A stretch of 64,000 nucleotides of DNA from a candidate division FCPU426 bacterium. Lineage in GTDB: Bacteria > Oederibacteriota > Muellerivitia > Muellerivitales > Muellerivitaceae. This document shows positions 57,309 through 64,000 of the stretch, in pieces (positions within the stretch are counted from its first letter, which is position 1; every line of letters begins with the position of its first letter). The notes under the pieces are model-generated. The model saw only the letters and a program-made list of their open reading frames with translations, searched no databases and was not told the DNA's origin. The stretch covers positions 512,001-576,000 of the forward strand of contig CAVRAL010000004.1 in assembly GCA_963719085.1 (NCBI GenBank), written 5' to 3'. Position numbers and translations under genes: made by a program.

Positions 57309-57494
57309 ATGCCCAACGAAAAACCGCAAACCGTTGAACCTAAAATGAGGGCCGCCGGCAAGATCACGCTGGGCGCCGGTGTGGCCGTTTTGGTGATTGG
57401 CTATATGTTTTTGGCCGTGGGATCCATGACTTTGGCGCCGGTGCTCATTATCGGCGGCCTCATCACGGTCGGCATCGGCATCTACAACCTGTAA
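57309..57494 (+). CDS. Small two-TM membrane protein
   Basis: RBS GAGGA and ATG at 57309; IGY.FL..GS.TLAPVL. Confidence 0.7.
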   Translation: MPNEKPQTVEPKMRAAGKITLGAGVAVLVIGYMFLAVGSMTLAPVLIIGGLITVGIGIYNL

Positions 57495-57573
57495 AACAGC
57501 CGCTCCAGCTCCGTCCCCCCCCTCTGCAAAGTTCCCCTTTTTGGTTTCGACTTTGGTACTTTATAAAGAAGCC

Positions 57574-58095
57574 ATGCAACCGCAATTGCCCCAACTGGTC
57601 CCGAGCGAAGTCTGTCTGGAATGTCCGGTTTGCTGCCGGTTCCCGGAAAAACAGGCCTCTCTTTCACCTTTTTTCTTCGCGGAAGAAAGGGCTCAAGTGG
57701 AAGCGATCGGAGAAACAAACGGAGGCGCTTTTCGCGCCGCCGGACCTTCGAAAGCGGAGTTGGTGGAGTGTGGGCATGGGTTCGCTTGTACTTTTTTTAA
57801 TCCCGGGGATCATACGTGCCGGATTTATCCGGTCCGTCCCCTGGACTGTTCGATGTACCCCACGGCGGTGATGTGGAGCAAGGACCGCCAGCAAGTTTTA
57901 ATGGGCGTGGACACCAAATGTCCCGCCTTGAGGCGGCCGGAAGTGGCCGCGAAGTTGGATCAATATCTTGAATGGATGCAGCGATACTTGGAAAACACCA
58001 CCGTCTCTTCTTTAATCCGTAAAAATCCCGATTGGATAACCGACTTTCAGGAAGAGGTTGTGGAGGTGCGTCCGCTGTCGCTGGGAAAGGTTTAA
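57574..58095 (+). CDS. YkgJ/CxxCxxCC family cysteine-cluster protein
   Basis: CLECPVCC...CTFF.....CRIY..RP.DC..YP. Confidence 0.88.
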   Translation: MQPQLPQLVPSEVCLECPVCCRFPEKQASLSPFFFAEERAQVEAIGETNGGAFRAAGPSKAELVECGHGFACTFFNPGDHTCRIYPVRPLDCSMYPTAVMWSKDRQQVLMGVDTKCPALRRPEVAAKLDQYLEWMQRYLENTTVSSLIRKNPDWITDFQEEVVEVRPLSLGKV

Positions 58096-58098
58096 ATT

Positions 58099-58851
58099 AT
58101 GGTCGCCACGTTGCAGGCCTTACGGCCGCCCCGCGCCATGCGCTGGGTGAATTATTGGAGATGGATTACCGCCGGGTTGGTGTTTCTCACCCTTTTGTTC
58201 CTTTTTTTAGTCAGGCCTCACTGGTTGGGTTTTTTGCTGGCCGTGGCTCCCGCCATCGGCGCTTTTTACAGCTACGGGGTCGCCCGTCACCGCGGACGGA
58301 TCGTGGGCGAAGGCAGCGAGGGCGAGGCCATGGTGGCCAAGGTTCTCGACGGCATGGAGATGGACGCGCGGGTTTTGCACTCGGTCCAGTTTGAGTCGGG
58401 CGAGAAGACCCGGGAACTCGATCATCTGTTGATTACCCATAACACCATGTTCGTTATCGAGACCAAATACCTTCGCGGCCGTATCGCGGGGGACGTGATG
58501 GACCGGGAATGGACCCTGCACAAGCGGGCCCGCAAAACCCGCTCCCGTTACAAGCGGGGTTTTTATAACCCGCTCAAACAAGTCGCCACCCAGATTTATC
58601 ATTTGCGCAGCCATCTGGAAAATAACCTGGGACCGCGTTGGGCCCATGAGTGTTCCCAGATTTGGATTCAAGGCGTGGTGGTTTTCGCCCATCCCCAAGG
58701 GGACGCCTCGGCCGTGGTCAACCACGCCCACGGGGTGGTTTCACTGGAAGACCTGCCCAAGTACTTGGCCAATTATCGGCCGCCCTCCCGGGCGCATCGG
58801 TTAAGCTACGGCTTGCGCCGGGAAATCGCCCGGGTTTTGACGGGTCAATAA
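58099..58851 (+). CDS. Membrane-anchored NERD (nuclease-related) domain protein
   Basis: Two TM helices; G.EGE..V, ELDHLLI, FVIETK, NPLKQ. Confidence 0.88.
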   Translation: MVATLQALRPPRAMRWVNYWRWITAGLVFLTLLFLFLVRPHWLGFLLAVAPAIGAFYSYGVARHRGRIVGEGSEGEAMVAKVLDGMEMDARVLHSVQFESGEKTRELDHLLITHNTMFVIETKYLRGRIAGDVMDREWTLHKRARKTRSRYKRGFYNPLKQVATQIYHLRSHLENNLGPRWAHECSQIWIQGVVVFAHPQGDASAVVNHAHGVVSLEDLPKYLANYRPPSRAHRLSYGLRREIARVLTGQ

Positions 58852-58944
58852 CGCTGAAAAGGAATTCCCCATGGGACGGATGACGCTGAGTCCTTTTTCC
58901 CTCCCATGGGATGAATTCTTTAAATCCTTTCGGGTTTTTTAATC

Positions 58945-59868
58945 TTGCCGACCGTTTCCCTTCCTCACGCTGATTTTTTCGATCAAATCGACCCTTTGGA
59001 CCATGACCTGGAAAAGGCGGAAATCGCTTTTCCCAGTCCTTTTTTAACCGCGTCCATCGCCTCATTTTTAATGTGGCAAGACGAGTTTCTTTACGCCGAC
59101 GCTTCACTGGGGAATACCCGGTTCCTCATCGCCCATTACGACAAATACGCTTATTTGCCCGCGCCGCCCCAACCCTTGACCCCCGCGGCTTTGGAAACGG
59201 CCTTTACCTACTTAAAGAAGGTCAATGGACCTGGCCCGGGCATCTCAAGAATTGAGGGCTTAAGTGAAAGCCAAAAGACGCGCGTGGAAACCTGGGGTTA
59301 CCCCACGCGGCCGACCTTGACGGAGTATCTTTACGACCGCTCCAAATTGGCCGCTCTCGCGGGAGACCCTTATCGGGCCAAGCGGGCTGAGGTGAATCAT
59401 TTGGTGAAACACCAGCCGGTGCTTTTTAGGCCCTACCGTCAAAGCGACCTTTCGGCCTGCGGGGATCTTTTTGAGTCGTGGAAAAATCAGCGGCTCCCCC
59501 ACTTAAAAGGGGAAATGGGCGAGAAAATGCTCCTGGCTTCCCAACGGGCTCATTTCAGGGCGCTGAAGCAAGGCGAAGCTTGGGGGCTGAAGGCTTGGGT
59601 GGTCTTCGTTGAACAGCGGCTGGCGGCCTACACCGTTGGCGCGCCTTTGGATGACAGCACCTTCGGGGTTTACCTGGAAGTGGCGGACTTGACGATCAAG
59701 GGGCTGTCGGCTTATATATTTCAAAATCTTTGCCGCCAAATGGAGTCTTACGCCTTCGTCAATACGGGCGACGCCGAGGGGCTTCCGAAGTTGGCCGAAT
59801 CCAAGGATCATTGGCACCCGGTCCGCAAGCTTCCCGTTTTCGCCGTGGATCCACCCCCGGTGGGGTGA
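58945..59868 (+). CDS. Stand-alone DUF2156 (aminoacyl-tRNA-dependent transferase-like) protein
   Basis: EYLY....LA.LAG..Y..KR..VN, E.AD..IKGL, VN.GD..G...L..SK..WHP. Confidence 0.8.
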   Translation: MPTVSLPHADFFDQIDPLDHDLEKAEIAFPSPFLTASIASFLMWQDEFLYADASLGNTRFLIAHYDKYAYLPAPPQPLTPAALETAFTYLKKVNGPGPGISRIEGLSESQKTRVETWGYPTRPTLTEYLYDRSKLAALAGDPYRAKRAEVNHLVKHQPVLFRPYRQSDLSACGDLFESWKNQRLPHLKGEMGEKMLLASQRAHFRALKQGEAWGLKAWVVFVEQRLAAYTVGAPLDDSTFGVYLEVADLTIKGLSAYIFQNLCRQMESYAFVNTGDAEGLPKLAESKDHWHPVRKLPVFAVDPPPVG

Positions 59869-59894
59869 AAAACGTTTGATCAAAAAGGACCGAC

Positions 59895-60422
59895 ATGGCT
59901 TCCCACGTGAAAGTAAAATTCAAAAAACAGCCTTATGACCGGCTGAAAAAAAGAAAGTCCAAAGCCCAGACGACCAAGCCTTCCCACCGGATCCGGGTGG
60001 ATTGGCACGAGTACTTCATGAACATCGCGCGGGAAGTCGCCACCCGCTCCACCTGCGACCGCAAGCATGTGGGCGCGGTCATCGTCCGGGACAAAACCAT
60101 TCTTTCCACCGGTTACAACGGAAGCGTGCGCGGCATGGCCCATTGCGATGACGCGGGCCACATGATGGAAGACGGGCATTGCGTGGCCACCATCCACGCC
60201 GAGTCCAACGCGGTGATCCAGGCCGCCCGCAACGGCGTCAGGCTGGAAGGCGCGGAAATTTATGTGACGGCGTCGCCCTGCTGGAATTGTTTTAAGATGC
60301 TGGCCAACGCGGGGATCAAGACCATTTATTACGGGGAATTTTACCGTGACGACCGGATCTTCGACGCGTCCAAGAAGCTGGGAATCTTGACGACCTTGAT
60401 TCCTATTCGGAAACCTAAATAA
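59895..60422 (+). CDS. dCMP deaminase (ComEB) family protein
   Basis: RSTC.R..VGAVIV, TGYNG, HAESNA, PCWNC. Confidence 0.93.
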   Translation: MASHVKVKFKKQPYDRLKKRKSKAQTTKPSHRIRVDWHEYFMNIAREVATRSTCDRKHVGAVIVRDKTILSTGYNGSVRGMAHCDDAGHMMEDGHCVATIHAESNAVIQAARNGVRLEGAEIYVTASPCWNCFKMLANAGIKTIYYGEFYRDDRIFDASKKLGILTTLIPIRKPK

Positions 60423-60431
60423 TCAAGGGCA

Positions 60432-61139
60432 TCAAGACCGGTTGCGCAGCCGCCAAAACCAACTGAACGCCAAGCTCAAAAAAATGGCGGAACCGTAAAC
60501 CAGCCAGCGATCGTTCAACGGCAGTGTCCGGGCGAACAAAAAAACCGCTCCCAAACCAAACCCTAAAACCATCCCAAAGTTCCCGGCTTTTTTCGTTTTC
60601 TTATTCCAAGCCGCCTGGTTCTGTTTATCCAGAATTCTCAATAGGTCCGGATCCACCTTGGCGGGGTCCACCCACAAAATCAATTTTTCCAGGCATTTCA
60701 AATAAGTCTTTTCCGCCGATGAAATGCGCAAGAGCCCCGAAGCGCCGTCCCAATCCCAGTATTCGACTTCCACCGCTTGATTATAAAGCGTGCCCCCGTA
60801 TTCCCGTGTACCCGCTGAACGGACGGACTGCACCCGATCCCAGCCGATCTTTTTCCACGACTGCGCGCCGAAGCAAGCCGCGACAAAGGAACGATGCTCA
60901 AACAAAGCGGGTGAAAGGGTGGCTACCCATTTAGGCGTCCAAAACCAAAAAATTAAAAAAAACTGAAACCCAAGTACCCCATAAACCAGAAATAGGAACC
61001 ATTCCAGGTGGTGGATCAACAACGGGGGTAGAATTAATAAAAAAGGAAAGACGGAAAAAAATACGATTTCACGAAGACCCAGCCATTTCCAAACCGACCC
61101 GCCCGGAAACCGAATCTTGACTTGAAATCGGTCGCTCAT
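60432..61139 (-). CDS. Hypothetical membrane protein
   Basis: ATG at 61139 overlaps the Nudix stop; four hydrophobic segments. Confidence 0.6.
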   Translation of the reverse strand: MSDRFQVKIRFPGGSVWKWLGLREIVFFSVFPFLLILPPLLIHHLEWFLFLVYGVLGFQFFLIFWFWTPKWVATLSPALFEHRSFVAACFGAQSWKKIGWDRVQSVRSAGTREYGGTLYNQAVEVEYWDWDGASGLLRISSAEKTYLKCLEKLILWVDPAKVDPDLLRILDKQNQAAWNKKTKKAGNFGMVLGFGLGAVFLFARTLPLNDRWLVYGSAIFLSLAFSWFWRLRNRS

Positions 61140-61597
61140 GGCCGTACCGCCTTCAGGGCTTCCCTCGCGTAAAAAATCAGCGGCTTGGACAAGCCCCACT
61201 TCGCCTGTTCCAAATCTTTTTCCGCCAGCCACTGGATATCCCTATGCTCCTCGGTATTGAGCGTCACTTGGCCGGATTTCACCCGGGCGAAATAAATCAT
61301 GCCGATATGCCAATGGGGTTCTTTAATCAGATGAACGTCCAGATAAGCCGGCGCCAAAAGGGGAATCAGGCCGGGCTCTTCCTCAAGCGGCGGACGCTTC
61401 CCCACCAGTTCCACGTCCAAGCCGCTTTCTTCCTTGGCTTCCCGCAAGGCCGCGGCTTCGGGGTTCTCATCCAGCTCAATATGGCCCCCAATGGGAAGCC
61501 AGCGGTTCAATTGTTTGTGGAAAATAAAAAGAACCTGTTGGTTTTGAACAATGAAAATAGAGACGGTGAAGTCGATCTTTTCGTGGATATGGGGCAT
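61136..61597 (-). CDS. NUDIX hydrolase
   Basis: GGHIELDENPEAAALREAKEESGL. Confidence 0.93.
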   Translation of the reverse strand: MPHIHEKIDFTVSIFIVQNQQVLFIFHKQLNRWLPIGGHIELDENPEAAALREAKEESGLDVELVGKRPPLEEEPGLIPLLAPAYLDVHLIKEPHWHIGMIYFARVKSGQVTLNTEEHRDIQWLAEKDLEQAKWGLSKPLIFYAREALKAVRP

Positions 61598-61713
61598 GGT
61601 CCCTCGTCATAAAATCCAGAGTTATTCAGTGTAAAAAAGAAGCTTAAACGCCCTTCGCCCGGCAAAGCCCAAGCGTATGGAGACCTATCAGGCATAGCTA
61701 AAGCGAAGCCGGA

Positions 61714-62100
61714 TCAGCCTTTCAGGTACTTCGCGATGGGCTTCCAATAAAAGTCTTTCCAGCCCTTGGCGTAACTTTCACCGCGCGCGGCGATGGCCGT
61801 GTGGGTCATGGTTAAAAGACAGCCGCCAGGAGCCTTCTCGAAGGTCAGGACTAAAATGGAATCCGAGTGTGCCTTTTTAAACTCCGAACTGCGCCAGGAT
61901 TGGACAATGGTTTTTCCGGGAACCAACAACAAATTTTTGCCCCAGATATAACCGTTCCAAGCCGTAAAGGAACCGCCAACCTTGCGGCCGATGACAGCCT
62001 TACCGCCGGTGGCCCGGGTATGTTTTTTGGAATCCATGAAAATTTCATAAAGCTTCTCGGGTGATGTTTTGAACTTCACCTTTTGAAGGATGGTTTTCAT
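61714..62100 (-). CDS. SRPBCC/AHSA1 domain protein
   Basis: GGSFTAWNG.I.G....LVPGK.IVQSWR; GWKDFYW. Confidence 0.9.
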   Translation of the reverse strand: MKTILQKVKFKTSPEKLYEIFMDSKKHTRATGGKAVIGRKVGGSFTAWNGYIWGKNLLLVPGKTIVQSWRSSEFKKAHSDSILVLTFEKAPGGCLLTMTHTAIAARGESYAKGWKDFYWKPIAKYLKG

Positions 62101-62127
62101 GGCGGCTCCTTTTAAAGGTCTGACAAT

Positions 62128-62164
62128 AAAAAAACCCCGCTTTTGTTAAAATCACAAAGCGGGG
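62128..62164 (-). terminator. Terminator of the lipoprotein gene
   Basis: AAAAAACCCCGCTTT...AAAGCGGGG. Confidence 0.65.
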
Positions 62165-62195
62165 CGGGTGATGTTTTAAAGTTTTTAAACTAAAA

Positions 62196-63461
62196 TCAGG
62201 GACCGAAAACCTGAATCATGTCGTTGTTTTGGTCACCCACCAGAATATTTGAAAGTGGTGCGGTTAGGGCAGCGTTGCCAATTAAAACGATGGGGCCGGG
62301 ATAAAAAGGAGCGAATTCATTCGGGCTCTTCGGGTCACCCCAAATTCTTAACAACGTGGCATGGCTAGAATCAATAATTTTATATTCCTCAACTTGTCCC
62401 GCGCCGCCAATGCCGTTTCCGATATCCGAAACGTAAAAGTCCCCGCTCCCATCAACCGCTAAACCGTTAATGATTGAATTGTTGGGAAGAGTCCAGCTAC
62501 CCTTAATTGTGGTTCCTTGGGAAGCGTATTCCTGAACCACAGAGGAGCCGGGACCTACGTCACCCACATAGACATTCGCCGGTACGGCAAGGTCGCAAAC
62601 CACTACCGTTGGTTTTTTGAATTGATACGTATTAGAGCCAGTCCAAAAACCTTGTCCAGCAGGGGTCCCAACCGCATTGATGAAGTAACCCCCAATGGCA
62701 AAATCAAGAATGCGGGCGTTTCCGGTATCCGCGACATAAAAGTTTCCATTCGAGTCCGATGTCAAACTCTGGGGGTTTTTCATGGGACTTCCGCCGTAAC
62801 TAGACGTTATACTATCAATAGGCTCACGAAATGATCCCGTAATTCCTAGGTTAAATACGTTATCTCCCTCATAAAGGGTAGCACTACCACTACCCCCGAT
62901 GACACCGGGAGAATCCAGTACCACCCATTCTCCATGTGCGTTAGGAGCTGTGTTAGGTGTATAGGCCAGCCCTTGAGGATTATTCATTATTGTCAGAACC
63001 GAATGACCTTCGAAAGATGTCGGCCCTTCTCCTGGTGTAGGAACTCCAACATAAATGAAATCTGTATTCGGGTTTGCCGTGGAACTTCCAACGGTATAAT
63101 TTTCGAACATGGTGATATCCCCGCCAGCTGTTACCTCTCCTTCCGCCACTTCCACATTCAAGCTTCCAGGAGAGCAGAAAAAGGCGTTGGGTTGGGCTGT
63201 CAAGCGAGTGTTGGAATCAAAAACCGGCGTTGCCACAAAAGTCGCGGTAGTGGTTGGAATAGGGGTAAAGGTTGCAGTCGAACCAGGAACAAGAGTAGTC
63301 GTTGGAGTCGCGGTGAATCCACCGGGAGTCGGAGTGTGTGTCGCGAGTCCTGGTGAGGTGGGGCCGGAAGTATTATTGGTGGTGCAAGCCAGAGGAAGGC
63401 CGATCGCCGTCAGAAGAACGAGAATCGCGATGCCTTGTTTCAAACTTTGGCGTTGTTTCAT
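62196..63461 (-). CDS. NHL-repeat lipoprotein with Pro/Thr linker
   Basis: Lipobox PLAC; NPQSLTSDSNGNFYVADTGNARI; GLAVDGSGDFYVSD. AT-richer codons. Confidence 0.8.
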   Translation of the reverse strand: MKQRQSLKQGIAILVLLTAIGLPLACTTNNTSGPTSPGLATHTPTPGGFTATPTTTLVPGSTATFTPIPTTTATFVATPVFDSNTRLTAQPNAFFCSPGSLNVEVAEGEVTAGGDITMFENYTVGSSTANPNTDFIYVGVPTPGEGPTSFEGHSVLTIMNNPQGLAYTPNTAPNAHGEWVVLDSPGVIGGSGSATLYEGDNVFNLGITGSFREPIDSITSSYGGSPMKNPQSLTSDSNGNFYVADTGNARILDFAIGGYFINAVGTPAGQGFWTGSNTYQFKKPTVVVCDLAVPANVYVGDVGPGSSVVQEYASQGTTIKGSWTLPNNSIINGLAVDGSGDFYVSDIGNGIGGAGQVEEYKIIDSSHATLLRIWGDPKSPNEFAPFYPGPIVLIGNAALTAPLSNILVGDQNNDMIQVFGP

Positions 63462-63635
63462 ACTTTCACCTTAAATTGAATTTGGGCCCGGCTGAATTGC
63501 CATAATTATACCCGACTTTTATAAAATGAAAGAATTTAAAGAATCTCCAGTCGGCTAGGCTACCGCCCAGCGTCTATTTGCTTTGAAAATGGGCCAAAAG
63601 ACCCTTTTATTTAGAAAGATAAGCGAGAATCCCCC

Positions 63636-64000
63636 TTGAACGCCCTGGTCAAAAGAACCCTTTGGAAAATTCTTCCGCGCGGCCCCTCCGTGAACTGGCT
63701 TTTCGCGGCCCCTTATTTTCACCGCTATCATCGCCGCTTACCCTTGGATTCCCATTCCCCCCAAGCGGGCCTGGAGGATTATATTTTTTCCCGGATGATC
63801 GGCCGCTTCACGCCCTGGGAAGAAAGTTGTGTGGATAAGGAAACCGCCAAGTCCATCGCCTTGGGCCTCGCCCCAAACGTGAAGATGGCCCGCGTCGAGG
63901 CGGTAATGAAGCTGTCGCCCCGAACCCGGGCTGAGGAAGTGGAGGCCTTCCTCGCTCCTTTTTGGGGGAAGCCCTTGGTGGCCAAACCCACCAACGGCTC
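63636..64000 (+). CDS. N-terminus of a TupA-like ATP-grasp protein (3'-truncated; not in ORF track)
   Basis: Open frame from TTG at 63636: MNALVKRTLWK...YFHRYHRRLP...CVDKETAK...LVAKPTNGS. Confidence 0.65.
   Translation, partial: MNALVKRTLWKILPRGPSVNWLFAAPYFHRYHRRLPLDSHSPQAGLEDYIFSRMIGRFTPWEESCVDKETAKSIALGLAPNVKMARVEAVMKLSPRTRAEEVEAFLAPFWGKPLVAKPTNG

Noticed and set aside
58099..60422. NERD nuclease plus deaminase as an anti-phage defence system
   Set aside because: The deaminase is a short ComEB-type protein without the kinase-like domain of defensive dCTP deaminases, and the context is housekeeping.

Overview
Gene-dense window of a moderately GC-rich bacterial chromosome. TonB-dependent and other beta-barrel proteins indicate a diderm envelope. 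The many Pro/Thr-linker exported proteins and FlgD-Ig/T9SS-like C-terminal domains suggest a poorly characterised lineage, possibly FCPU426-like (inference only). I found no rRNA, tRNA, CRISPR array, integrase or transposase. Content: housekeeping genes (pyrD, uppP, ald, serS, an RsmB/F-like methylase, a dCMP deaminase); three His-box membrane di-iron enzymes; two ECF sigma/anti-sigma pairs whose promoter motifs recur in the window; a TonB receptor-YfiR-sensor kinase cascade ending in a frameshifted hybrid kinase; and a sigma54 activator flanked by two consensus sigma54 promoters that each precede a CheX-like orphan. Best novelty candidates: (1) a ~150-bp imperfect palindrome in three copies, each upstream of and co-oriented with an unrelated gene; (2) ~70-80-nt two-hairpin modules inserted into host palindromes; (3) the sigma54/CheX-like module; (4) a FecR-FecR / FecR-beta-barrel / NHL-lipoprotein operon with a recently duplicated domain; (5) a serS-YkgJ-NERD-DUF2156 cluster. 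Three coding regions absent from the ORF track were read by hand. All product calls rest on motif recognition by eye; no database search was run.
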